Origin: an uncultured Mageeibacillus sp.
Lineage (GTDB): Bacteria; Bacillota; Clostridia; Saccharofermentanales; DTU023
Length of the DNA stretch: 64,000 bases
Direction of reading: 5' to 3'
NCBI GenBank assembly: GCA_964553675.1
Contig: CAZKLG010000001.1
Span: 3,590 to 67,589, forward strand
A model generated the notes under the pieces. It had not been told where the DNA came from and did no database searches. It was given only the letters and a program-made list of their open reading frames with translations. The number at the start of each line of letters is the position of its first letter. Within the stretch, counting starts at the first letter, position 1. The translations under genes and the position numbers were made by a program. This document shows positions 18,624 to 27,039 of this stretch, piece after piece.

Positions 18624-19421
18624 TTGCGGCTCATATTTGAAGCGCTGAAAATTGATAAAATGCCCAGAGCCCGCCTGGTGCATATCTGGTTCTTTGTTCT
18701 TTTTCTGATCTCAGCCGCTGCCTACCTGACCATGCCGACCGGCGGTCAGCTGGATCTCTTTCAGCAGGAATTGAACGCCTTCTTCCAAAGGCAGGGCTTC
18801 CTGCCCTTCCCGCCTCCTGCCTGGTTTTCACTGATCTTCCGTCAGCTGGGACTTTTGGTCATTTCTCTTTGGTTTATTCTTCTTTACGCCATCCACTGGC
18901 TTTTTGCCTCGGCCGAAGTGACGGGGGAAGCCTTGGGTGCTGATGAAGACAAGCTGATTCCACCCCTGCCTTCCTTAGGGGACCAGACGCCCAACCAGAC
19001 GGCTCTTCGGGCCTTTCCTGTCCTTTTGTTGCTTGCCCTGGCCATGATCGTGCCCTATCTCATCTCCCTGCCCGCCATGGGGATCCCTTTTTATGTTCTG
19101 GTCACCATGTTGTCCATGACCATCTTTGTCTATATTTTTGACAAGAAGACCATCCCGGCTGCCATGGAAAGCAGCTACCGGATGACCTTGGGCATGAAGT
19201 TTTTTATCTTTGCCAGTTTCTTATTTTTGAATTCGATCACCTCAATCATCAGCGACCTCCTCCGTTTGCTCTTTACAGACAATCTTTGGGCAGGAAGCCT
19301 GATAAGGGCCTTTTTCTTCGCACTCAAAACCCTGGCCTTTGGCCGCCTGGCCGCCATCTTCTACCGGTCACTGGCCGCCCGTCAAAGCATGATCCGGGAT
19401 GGATCCCTGGACGGCCTCTGA
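18624..19421 (+). CDS. Multi-pass membrane protein, unknown function
   Basis: 265-aa ORF with at least five hydrophobic helices. TTG start with GAAAGGAAG 7 nt upstream. Confidence 0.45.
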   Translation: MRLIFEALKIDKMPRARLVHIWFFVLFLISAAAYLTMPTGGQLDLFQQELNAFFQRQGFLPFPPPAWFSLIFRQLGLLVISLWFILLYAIHWLFASAEVTGEALGADEDKLIPPLPSLGDQTPNQTALRAFPVLLLLALAMIVPYLISLPAMGIPFYVLVTMLSMTIFVYIFDKKTIPAAMESSYRMTLGMKFFIFASFLFLNSITSIISDLLRLLFTDNLWAGSLIRAFFFALKTLAFGRLAAIFYRSLAARQSMIRDGSLDGL

Positions 19422-19489
19422 CCCCGAAGAGATCAGAGAGGCCCCCTTGCGGACTTTGCAGGGATCATTTTGAGGAAGTGGACTGAACC

Positions 19490-20650
19490 ATGACATTTGA
19501 AGAACTAGAAGGCGTCATCGCCCGCCATAAAAACCAACTGGATGAACTCCATCTCTCCTTGCGACTGGAGGCAGATGCAGAGGAAATTCAACGCCTGACC
19601 CAGGAAAGCCTGGAGGCGGATTTTTGGTCTGAGCCCAAAAGGGCCCAGACGGTTCAAAAGCGGATCGCCCATCTCAACAAGAAGAAAAAGCGTTATGAAG
19701 ATCTGGTTTCCGACAATGAAGATTTTCAAGTCATGCTGGATTTGACAGAGGAAGAAGAAGATCCCTCGCTCCTGGATGAGGTCAGGGGCGGCCTGGGCCA
19801 ATGGGAGAAGGACTTTGACAGTCTCCGTCTTGAGACCCTCCTGACAGGGGAACATGATTCCATGAACGCCCTCTTGTCCCTGCATGCCGGAGCCGGCGGG
19901 ACCGAGGCCCAGGACTGGGCAGGCCTCCTTTTACGCATGTACAGCCGTTGGGCCGAGCGACATGACTTCCAAGTGGAGGTCCTGGACCTCCTGGACGGGG
20001 AGGAAGCAGGCATCAAGACGGTTTCACTCCGGATCGCAGGCGACAATGCCTATGGCTACCTGCGGAGCGAACACGGGGTCCACCGCCTGGTCCGTATCTC
20101 CCCCTTTGACTCCTCAGGCCGACGCCACACCTCATTTGCCTCCTGTGAGGTCCTGCCGGAGCTAGACGACACCATTGAGATTGACATCAATCCTGACGAT
20201 TTGAAGATTGATACTTTCAGAGCTTCAGGTGCCGGCGGCCAGCACGTCAACAAGACCAGCTCAGCCGTCCGGATCACCCACCTGCCCACAGGCCTGGTGG
20301 TGACCTGTCAAAATGAACGCTCGCAACTGCAGAATAAAGAAACCGCCATGGCTATGCTTAAATCCAAGCTCTATCACCTGGCCCGCCAGCATCAGCTGGA
20401 AAGGATTGAAGACCTGAAAGGTGAGGTCTTCGATATTGCCTGGGGCAGCCAGATCCGCTCCTATGTCTTTTGTCCCTACACCATGGTCAAGGACCACCGG
20501 ACCGGTCAGGAGACGGGCGATGTTGATTCTGTCATGGACGGGGACATCGATGCCTTCATCAACGCCTGGCTGGTAGAGGATGCCAAGGCACATCAAGCCG
20601 CCCAGGAGGAAGCCTTCAAGTTGTCCAAAAGTGATGAGGATCAGCCATGA
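19490..20650 (+). CDS. prfB: Peptide chain release factor 2
   Basis: SGAGGQHVNKTSSAVRITHLPTG (GGQ) and the RISPFDS (SPF) RF2-specific tripeptide. The frame is uninterrupted. Confidence 0.95.
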   Translation: MTFEELEGVIARHKNQLDELHLSLRLEADAEEIQRLTQESLEADFWSEPKRAQTVQKRIAHLNKKKKRYEDLVSDNEDFQVMLDLTEEEEDPSLLDEVRGGLGQWEKDFDSLRLETLLTGEHDSMNALLSLHAGAGGTEAQDWAGLLLRMYSRWAERHDFQVEVLDLLDGEEAGIKTVSLRIAGDNAYGYLRSEHGVHRLVRISPFDSSGRRHTSFASCEVLPELDDTIEIDINPDDLKIDTFRASGAGGQHVNKTSSAVRITHLPTGLVVTCQNERSQLQNKETAMAMLKSKLYHLARQHQLERIEDLKGEVFDIAWGSQIRSYVFCPYTMVKDHRTGQETGDVDSVMDGDIDAFINAWLVEDAKAHQAAQEEAFKLSKSDEDQP

Positions 20651-21858
20651 TCGGTCTTTTCGGCGGCACCTTCGATCCCTTTCACATGGGCCACCGGGCC
20701 ATCCTGGAAAGCGCCCTGACCCAGTTGAACCTGGATGACCTGATTGTCATGCCGGTCGGCCGGCCTCCCCACAAGGACAGGCAGACCAGTTTTGCCGCCT
20801 TCCGCTATGAAATGGCCCTCCTGGGCAGCCAGGGCCTGGGTAAGCTGACGGTCTCGGACCATGAAATCAAAGAGCCGGGCATTGACTACAGCTACCATAC
20901 GGTTCTTCGGATTAAAAAGGAGAGGCCCGACCAGGGTATCACCCTGATCGCCGGATCGGATGTCCTTTTATCCATTGACAGTTGGTACAGGCCGGCAGAT
21001 TTATTAAAAGAAGCCTCTCTGGCCGTGGCCCTGCGGGGTGGGGATGATCTGGATCTTATTCTGGCAAAGGCCCAGTCAGTCCAAAAAACCTACCAAACGA
21101 CGGTTACCCTCTTTGATATGCCGACCATTTCGCTTTCAGCCAGCCAGCTACGCCGGCTCATGGAGGGAGGGGATCCGGTCGGTGATCTATGCCCAGCCCG
21201 GGTTGAGTCCTTCCTCCTTCAGTACAAGATCTACGATTTTCAGGAGGTCTTCAAGGCCCTGGGCGCTGAAGGCTGGCAGGCGCTTTTGGATCTGGAAGAA
21301 AAAACCTGGCAGCATCAAAGCCGGGAGCGAAGGCTGCATGCGGCATCCGTGGCCCAGTATGCGGCCAGACTGGCCCTGGTCTTTGGAGAGGATCCCGCTC
21401 TCGCCGCCAGAGGAGGGCTTTTACACGATCTGGCCAAGGGCTTGCCCCTGGATAAGCAGCGGGCCCTGGCCGGCCAGTATCTGGATATGGCCGGTCATGA
21501 GCGCCTGGTCCTTGAGTCCTCTATGAGTCCCCAGCTCTACCACGGGCCTGCCTCCGCCCTTTTGGCCATGGACTTGACAGGGGAGCCTATGGGGCCACTG
21601 TCGGAGGCTATAGCCTTCCACTCGACAGCCGCCCCCTTTATGTCCAGCTTGGGCGAAATTCTTTTCCTGGCTGACAAAATCGCTTATGACCGTAACTTCA
21701 GCCGCCTGGAGCCCATAAGAAAGCTGGCCGGCCAGGGGCAAATAGACAGGGCCATGCTGCTTTGCCTGGAGGAAATATTCCAGGCCCTGGAGCGGAAGGG
21801 GGAATCCCCCTCGCCTCTCAGCCTGGAGGCCTACGAAAAGTATAAATCCCGGGCCTGA
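20647..21858 (+). CDS. nadD: Fusion protein: nicotinate-nucleotide adenylyltransferase (NadD) + HD-domain YqeK-type hydrolase
   Basis: N-terminal half has IGLFGGTFDPFHMGHRAI and ISLSASQLR. C-terminal half has RRLHAASVAQYAARLA...GGLLHDLAK (HD domain, YqeK-like). It is 403 aa with no internal stop, and has an ATGA overlap with prfB. Confidence 0.85.
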   Translation: MIGLFGGTFDPFHMGHRAILESALTQLNLDDLIVMPVGRPPHKDRQTSFAAFRYEMALLGSQGLGKLTVSDHEIKEPGIDYSYHTVLRIKKERPDQGITLIAGSDVLLSIDSWYRPADLLKEASLAVALRGGDDLDLILAKAQSVQKTYQTTVTLFDMPTISLSASQLRRLMEGGDPVGDLCPARVESFLLQYKIYDFQEVFKALGAEGWQALLDLEEKTWQHQSRERRLHAASVAQYAARLALVFGEDPALAARGGLLHDLAKGLPLDKQRALAGQYLDMAGHERLVLESSMSPQLYHGPASALLAMDLTGEPMGPLSEAIAFHSTAAPFMSSLGEILFLADKIAYDRNFSRLEPIRKLAGQGQIDRAMLLCLEEIFQALERKGESPSPLSLEAYEKYKSRA

Positions 21859-21934
21859 CCGGCCGGGTACATGTTATAGTAGAAGGGCTTTTGGACCCTA
21901 GCATAATTGGCTCTAGCCGGAAAGGTTACATGGA

Positions 21935-22360
21935 TTGAAGCAGGAAGATCAGGATCAAAGAAGACTGACACCGGATGCCCTCTTGGCGGCTCAGGCGGTG
22001 GAACAAGAGAAACTTGAACGGATTGAGGCATTGACCTCAGTCATCCTGGAGGCTCTGGAAGACAAAAAGGGCCAGGATATCCAGGTTCTCAGGGTGTCTG
22101 AAAAAACTACCCTGGCTGATGTTTTCATCTTGGCCAGCGGGACCTCGGGGATCCATGTCAAGACCCTGGCTGATTCGGTTGAAGAAGCCGTCAAGACGGG
22201 ATTTGACATTCAGCCCGGTCATATTGAGGGACTGGAGAACCGGAATTGGGTTTTACTTGATTATGGTGATATCATCGTCCACCTCATGATGCCTGAGGAT
22301 CGTGAACACTATAAGCTGGAGAACCTCTGGCGACCGGGAGGGGAGAGGCAGACAATCTGA
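21935..22360 (+). CDS. rsfS: Ribosomal silencing factor RsfS
   Basis: ALEDKKGQDIQVLRVSEKTTLADVFILASGTS...NWVLLDYGDIIVHLMMPEDREHYKLENLW. The start is uncertain: TTG 21935 gives an N-terminal extension of about 35 aa. Confidence 0.85.
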   Translation: MKQEDQDQRRLTPDALLAAQAVEQEKLERIEALTSVILEALEDKKGQDIQVLRVSEKTTLADVFILASGTSGIHVKTLADSVEEAVKTGFDIQPGHIEGLENRNWVLLDYGDIIVHLMMPEDREHYKLENLWRPGGERQTI

Positions 22361-22483
22361 CCTGCCGCTTCCGTCGTTCTGTCCCTTTTTGACGACCAGA
22401 AGAAGAAAATGATCCAGGGATCTGTCCTGGTGGCCAGATAAAATAGCTGCATCTCCGGCATGTCGCCGGCAGGAGGTAGCTAT

Positions 22484-23128
22484 ATGCCAGCAAATACCTA
22501 TTTCAAGGGGGACAAGGCTCCCGGGCCCCGGTCTGGCAGGCCCAAGGGCCCATCCCTGCTTTTCTTTTTGGCGCTCATCCTCCTCTCCTCCGGCTTGCTG
22601 ACCTTGATTGCCAGGCGGCCGCCAGGGGACAAGCTCCTTTTGGTGGAGTCGACGGCGGGGCATGACCGGGCACCAGCATCAAGCAGCAGTCAAATCAAGC
22701 CCTCCTTTCCTGTTCATATCGATGGCGCTGTGGCCAATCCGGGCGTCTATTACTTTCAAGAGGGGGACATACTCAGCCAGGCGGTGGAAAAGGCAGGAGG
22801 TCTGGCAGAAAAAGCCGATCAGGTCAATGTCAACCTGGCCATGCGCCTGGCCCCCCATATGAAGATCTATATCCCCAGCCAGGGCCAGGCCTGCCCTCCT
22901 ATTATCCAGACCCCGGACCAGACAAATAGCAAGATTGACCTTAATCTGGCCAACCAGGCCCAACTGGAGACCCTGCCGGGTGTGGGCCAGGTGACCGCCC
23001 AGGCCATTATTGCCTACAGGGATGCCCATGGACCCTTTGAATCCCTGGAAGACCTCATGCAGGTTCCCGGTATCAAGGAGGGGCGCTTTGCTGCCCTCAA
23101 GGATTCGATCTATGTCACTTTTCCATGA
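22484..23128 (+). CDS. comEA: ComEA-family DNA-binding competence protein
   Basis: N-terminal TM helix, SLBB-like middle and C-terminal tandem helix-hairpin-helix (IDLNLANQAQLETLPGVGQVTAQAIIAYRDAHGPFESLEDLMQVPGI). Start moved to ATG 22484, with AGGAGG 7 nt upstream. Confidence 0.82.
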   Translation: MPANTYFKGDKAPGPRSGRPKGPSLLFFLALILLSSGLLTLIARRPPGDKLLLVESTAGHDRAPASSSSQIKPSFPVHIDGAVANPGVYYFQEGDILSQAVEKAGGLAEKADQVNVNLAMRLAPHMKIYIPSQGQACPPIIQTPDQTNSKIDLNLANQAQLETLPGVGQVTAQAIIAYRDAHGPFESLEDLMQVPGIKEGRFAALKDSIYVTFP

Positions 23129-23170
23129 GAGAAATGGCTTTGAAAAAGGGGCTTGGCCCCGTCTTCAGGT

Positions 23171-23199
23171 TTGACAAGCAGGTAAAATACCAGTAGAAT
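23171..23199 (+). promoter_or_regulatory. Sigma-A-type promoter of tRNA-Pro
   Basis: TTGACA, 17 nt spacer, TAGAAT, ending 11 nt before the tRNA. Confidence 0.6.
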
Positions 23200-23210
23200 C
23201 CATAAGGCAT

Positions 23211-23286
23211 CGGGGTGTGGCTCAGGTGGTAGAGCGCTTGGTTCGGGACCAAGAGGCCGCAAGTTCAAGTCTTGTCACTCCGACCA
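23211..23286 (+). tRNA. tRNA-Pro (anticodon CGG), CCA encoded
   Basis: Cloverleaf folded by hand. Acceptor CGGGGTG/CACTCCG, anticodon arm CTTGG-TTCGGGA-CCAAG, T-loop TTCAAGT, 76 nt. Confidence 0.93.
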
Positions 23287-23289
23287 TAA

Positions 23290-23325
23290 GAAGATCCGCT
23301 CCGACTGGGGCGGATCTTCTTTTTT
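23290..23325 (+). terminator. Intrinsic terminator after tRNA-Pro
   Basis: GAAGATCCGC, 10-nt loop, GCGGATCTTC, then TTTTTT. Confidence 0.8.
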
Positions 23326-23384
23326 GAAGTCTTTGTGGTGTCTGGCAATCAGATTTCCATTATTTAAGATAAGGAAGGCAGAAA

Positions 23385-24104
23385 ATGGATTTATTTGATT
23401 CAATTAGTCGACGGAAGGCCTGTAGACAATACCTTCCAGAACCCTTGAGTGAAGAAAAACTCGCCGACATTAAGGCTGCGCTTGAGACATTTAAGCCACT
23501 CTACCCTGACGCTCCACTGGATTATCGCTTTGCTTCCCAGACAAAAGGCATCTTTCACGTTAAGGCTCCGCATTACCTCATCATCAGTGGACAGGGGAGA
23601 AAAGGGGAGGAGGAAAATGCCGGATTTATCGGCCAACAGCTTATGCTTTGGTTGGATTCATATGAGCTGGGTGGTGTTTGGCTGGGTGCATCCAAGGACG
23701 CGACAAAGGAGCGCAGCAAATCTGACATTATTGTGCTTGCTTTTGGAAAGCCAGAAGGTTCTCCCCATCGGAAATTAGATGAATTCAAGCGTAAAGCCAT
23801 TTCAGACATTACCAATTCTCCGGATGATGATTGTATAAAAGCAGTCCATCTGGCTCCATCAGGATTGAATATACAGCCCTGGTATCTTGAGAAAATAAGG
23901 GATAAAGTCTTGATCTATCGCCAGCTATTGAAGCCGCCCATGTCACTGGTCTATAAGCTGACCAGGGTAGATATGGGGATTGCCCTATGTCATTACGCCG
24001 TGGCTTGTGACTATTTGGGTAAAGCCTTCCACTTCCATCCAGGGGGAGATGGCCAGGCTAAGAAGGGCTACCGGTATTTCGGATATGTGGATATGGCAGA
24101 CTGA
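23385..24104 (+). CDS. Nitroreductase-family protein
   Basis: MDLFDSISRRKACRQYLPEPLSEEKL is a typical nitroreductase N-terminus (RRSxRxF/Y pattern). Length 239 aa. The gene is visibly more A+T-rich than its neighbours. Confidence 0.65.
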   Translation: MDLFDSISRRKACRQYLPEPLSEEKLADIKAALETFKPLYPDAPLDYRFASQTKGIFHVKAPHYLIISGQGRKGEEENAGFIGQQLMLWLDSYELGGVWLGASKDATKERSKSDIIVLAFGKPEGSPHRKLDEFKRKAISDITNSPDDDCIKAVHLAPSGLNIQPWYLEKIRDKVLIYRQLLKPPMSLVYKLTRVDMGIALCHYAVACDYLGKAFHFHPGGDGQAKKGYRYFGYVDMAD

Positions 24105-24162
24105 ACCCTCGGGACAGGAGGCGGTCTCAAGCTTCTTTTATCGTAAATTTGCTTAAATCCTA

Positions 24163-24171
24163 TGGTATAAT
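24163..24171 (+). promoter_or_regulatory. Extended -10 promoter element upstream of thyA
   Basis: TGgTATAAT lies 36 nt upstream of the thyA ATG. No good -35 was found. Confidence 0.4.
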
Positions 24172-24206
24172 ATTCGATGTCTTTGGTATAGGGTTAGGGG
24201 GCCTTC

Positions 24207-25037
24207 ATGAGTCTATGTGACGAGATCTATCGTTCAAACTGCCGGGAAATATTGCAAAATGGCTTTTCTGATCAAGGTCAGCAGGTTCGGCCTCGTTGGG
24301 AGGATGGACAAGCCGCCCATACCATTAAAAGCTTTGGTCTGGTCAACCGCTATGATCTGGAAGAAGAGTTTCCACTCATGACCTTGCGGAAGATCAATTA
24401 CAGGGCCGCTATTGACGAGCTCTTGTGGATCTGGCAAAAAAAGTCCAACCGCCTTTGTGATTTATCTTCAAAAATCTGGGATCAGTGGTGCCTGCCGGAT
24501 GGAACCATTGGCAAGGCCTACGGCTATCAGCTGGCCCAAAAGGTCCCTTATCCCGAGGGTGATTTTGACCAGGTCGACCGGATCCTTTATGAACTCAAAC
24601 ATAATCCGGCTTCCAGGCGGATGATAACGAATTTGTATAATTTTTCAGATTTACAGGAAATGGCACTTTATCCCTGTGCCTACAGTATGACCTTCAATGT
24701 GACCGGCGATCGCCTGAACGGCATCCTCAATCAGCGGTCCAATGATATGTTGGTGGCCAACAACTGGAATGTCATGCAGTATGCCATCCTCCTGGTCATG
24801 ATGGCCCAGGTATCCGGCCTGATCCCCGGCCAACTGGTCCATGTCATTGCGGATGCCCATATCTATGACCGGCATCTTCCCCTGGTCCGGGAATTGGTTG
24901 ACCGGCCTGCCTATCCGGCCCCCAAGCTCAAGGTAGATCCGGATATCCGCGATTTTTATGACTTTCGGGTAGACAGTTTCCTCTTTGAAGATTACCAGTA
25001 TGGTCCTGGGATCCGGGGCATCCCGGTCGCCCAATGA
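24207..25037 (+). CDS. thyA: Thymidylate synthase (ThyA)
   Basis: LRKINYRAAIDELLWIW, PCAYSMTFNV (active-site Cys), LNQRSNDMLVANNWNVMQYAIL and VIADAHIYDRH. Confidence 0.93.
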   Translation: MSLCDEIYRSNCREILQNGFSDQGQQVRPRWEDGQAAHTIKSFGLVNRYDLEEEFPLMTLRKINYRAAIDELLWIWQKKSNRLCDLSSKIWDQWCLPDGTIGKAYGYQLAQKVPYPEGDFDQVDRILYELKHNPASRRMITNLYNFSDLQEMALYPCAYSMTFNVTGDRLNGILNQRSNDMLVANNWNVMQYAILLVMMAQVSGLIPGQLVHVIADAHIYDRHLPLVRELVDRPAYPAPKLKVDPDIRDFYDFRVDSFLFEDYQYGPGIRGIPVAQ

Positions 25038-25050
25038 AGGAGATGATGAC

Positions 25051-25563
25051 ATGAAAGCGATTGTAGCCTGTGATCCTTGCTGGGGGATCGGCTGCAGGGG
25101 TTGCCTGCAAAAGAGGGTATCCTCTGATCTTCGACGTTTCCGGGCCCTGACCATGGGCAAGGTCATTATTTATGGTCGCAATACTCTGGATACCTTTCCG
25201 GATGGCAAGCCCTTGCCAGGCAGGATCAATCTGGTCATGAGGACCCGGGAGGAGGAAGGGGAGGAGGGCTGTGAGTACTTCTGCAACATGGATGCCCTCC
25301 ACCATCGTATCCGGCAACTCAAGCAGGAGGGCTATCAGGACAGCGATTTTATCGTCATTGGGGGAGGGACAGTCTATGAACAGCTCCTGCCCTATTGCGA
25401 CACGGTTCTGGTCACCCAGTTCCAGGATTCTTATGAAGCGGATGTCTGGTTTCCGGACATTGACCAGTCGCCTGACTGGTTCCTTGAATCTTGTGGTCAA
25501 TGGTTGGAGGAGGATGGCGTCCGTTTTCGTTATCTGACTTACCAGAGAAATGATATCGCCTGA
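25051..25563 (+). CDS. folA: Dihydrofolate reductase
   Basis: MKAIVACDPCWGIG...DLRRFRALTMGKVIIYGRNTLDTFPDGKPLPGRINLVMR...FIVIGGGTVYEQLLP. Start moved to ATG 25051, with GAAGGAG upstream. The usual LPW near the N-terminus reads LQK here. Confidence 0.78.
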   Translation: MKAIVACDPCWGIGCRGCLQKRVSSDLRRFRALTMGKVIIYGRNTLDTFPDGKPLPGRINLVMRTREEEGEEGCEYFCNMDALHHRIRQLKQEGYQDSDFIVIGGGTVYEQLLPYCDTVLVTQFQDSYEADVWFPDIDQSPDWFLESCGQWLEEDGVRFRYLTYQRNDIA

Positions 25564-25588
25564 AGGCTTGGAAGAAGGGTGGGACTTT

Positions 25589-26608
25589 ATGGAAGCCAAG
25601 AATAAGAAGGGTTCCGTCATCGAATTGCAGCCATTCTACATGAAGGATGCCGGCAGAATCCGGGACCTGGCGGGTCACTATTATCCGCCCATGACCCTGA
25701 GCCAGTGGCGTGAAGAAGCCCGGCAGAAGATACAAAGGGGTGAAACGCTCTTCTTTGTCGTCAAGGATGGTGAAGACATTGGCGGTCTTGTTGTCGCCTC
25801 ACCCTTTGGCTCCAAGACCTGGATTGCCATTCGTATCTGGGTAAAGACCAGCCTGGCCCGGGAGGAGATGGAGGAGATTCTGCGCCTGGTCGTAGGCGAC
25901 GACGAAGATCTTTACCGGATAGATGTCATGTTCTCTGATACCGAGCTGGGCATGAGGGGCCAGCTGGGACGACTCTTCGAGGTCGATTGGCCCATTAACC
26001 GGCTGACCTATTACGTCCCTCAGATTGCCCTCCGCCAGGTGGCCTTCATTCCCTGGGTTTTTGGCTATATGGCCGTTGTGACCAATCCCGACCGGGACAG
26101 GATAGAATCCATCCAGTTTATGAGGAAGGGTAAGGAGGGCCTGACCAACCTGGTCAAGCAGACAGCTTATTACCGGGGCCTTCTGGGTTTTGAGGGTATT
26201 GTGGCCGGTCAGGAGGATCCATTCATGGAAGAAGAGTGTGACATCCTCAAGCTGGCCCGTTCCGAGCTGACCCGCTATCTGGCCGGTGGCCATCTGCCGG
26301 ACATCCCTTATGACTTTCCCAAGGGGACCGCCTTCCAGGAAAAAGTCTGGCGGGAAACCCTGAAAATCCCCTATGGGGCGGTACGGACCTATGCGGACAT
26401 TGCTGCTATCATTGAACCCGACAAGAGTAAATCAGGCCAGATGGCCAGGGCAGTGGGCCGGGCTCTGGGGGCCAATCCCTTGCCCATCCTCATTCCCTGT
26501 CATCGGGTCATCGGCTCCAACCGGGATCTGACCGGTTTTGGCGGTGGCGTCGACATCAAGGAACATCTGCTGCAATTGGAGATGTGGGATACCCTGGCAC
26601 CCTCCTAA
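25589..26608 (+). CDS. ogt: Methylated-DNA--protein-cysteine methyltransferase (Ogt/MGMT) with an extra N-terminal module of about 150 aa
   Basis: The C-terminus has GTAFQEKVWRETLKIPYGAVRTYADIA...LPILIPCHRVIGSNRDLTGFGGG (PCHR active site). The N-terminal part (VIELQPFYMKDAGRIRDL...LFFVVKDGEDIGGLVVAS) is additional and vaguely GNAT-like. The start may instead be ATG 25550. Confidence 0.78.
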   Translation: MEAKNKKGSVIELQPFYMKDAGRIRDLAGHYYPPMTLSQWREEARQKIQRGETLFFVVKDGEDIGGLVVASPFGSKTWIAIRIWVKTSLAREEMEEILRLVVGDDEDLYRIDVMFSDTELGMRGQLGRLFEVDWPINRLTYYVPQIALRQVAFIPWVFGYMAVVTNPDRDRIESIQFMRKGKEGLTNLVKQTAYYRGLLGFEGIVAGQEDPFMEEECDILKLARSELTRYLAGGHLPDIPYDFPKGTAFQEKVWRETLKIPYGAVRTYADIAAIIEPDKSKSGQMARAVGRALGANPLPILIPCHRVIGSNRDLTGFGGGVDIKEHLLQLEMWDTLAPS

Positions 26609-26624
26609 GCCGAAAAAACCTTCC

Positions 26625-26653
26625 TTGACATGAAGGTGCCTGCTTGTTAAACT
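26625..26653 (+). promoter_or_regulatory. Sigma-A-type promoter of the tRNA His-Gln-Lys cluster
   Basis: TTGACA, 17 nt spacer, TAAACT, about 26 nt upstream of tRNA-His. Confidence 0.55.
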
Positions 26654-26679
26654 CAATTGGATGTTTTTTGGGAAGACAT

Positions 26680-26757
26680 GGTGGAATTAGCTCAGTTGGT
26701 TAGAGTGCCAGGTTGTGGCCCTGGAGGTCACGAGTTCGATTCTCGTATTCCACCCCA
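26680..26757 (+). tRNA. tRNA-His (anticodon GTG) with encoded G-1 and CCA
   Basis: G-1 opposite discriminator C. Acceptor GTGGAAT/ATTCCAC, anticodon arm CCAGG-TTGTGGC-CCTGG, T-loop TTCGATT. Confidence 0.94.
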
Positions 26758-26775
26758 AAAGCCAGAAAACCATAA

Positions 26776-26850
26776 TGGGGTGTAGCCAAGCGGTAAGGCA
26801 CGGGACTTTGACTCCCGCATTCGCAGGTTCAAATCCTGCCATCCCAGCCA
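26776..26850 (+). tRNA. tRNA-Gln (anticodon TTG), CCA encoded
   Basis: Acceptor TGGGGTG/CATCCCA, anticodon arm CGGGA-CTTTGAC-TCCCG, T-loop TTCAAAT, 75 nt. Confidence 0.94.
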
Positions 26851-26853
26851 TAG

Positions 26854-26929
26854 GATCCACTAGCTCAGTCGGTAGAGCATCTGACTTTTAATCAGGGGGT
26901 CTGGGGTTCGAATCCCCAGTGGATCACCA
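26854..26929 (+). tRNA. tRNA-Lys (anticodon TTT), CCA encoded
   Basis: Acceptor GATCCAC/GTGGATC, anticodon loop CTTTTAA, T-loop TTCGAAT, 76 nt. Confidence 0.94.
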
Positions 26930-27039
26930 GTCAAGCCTTGGGGCAGTCCGCTGTCTCAAGGCCTTGCTGTTTTATGGGGCATGCATGATAGTATAAATAG
27001 CGGATTGTCAGCCCTCTTGAATTGACAAGGAGCTCGAAT

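Noticed and set aside
19490-20650. A programmed +1 frameshift site in prfB (the CUU UGA C motif around codon 25, found in many bacteria).
   Set aside because: The RF2 frame is continuous from ATG 19490. The corresponding region reads ctc tcc ttg cga ctg gag (LSLRLE), with no in-frame UGA and no upstream short ORF in the 0 frame. This prfB belongs to the frameshift-free class.
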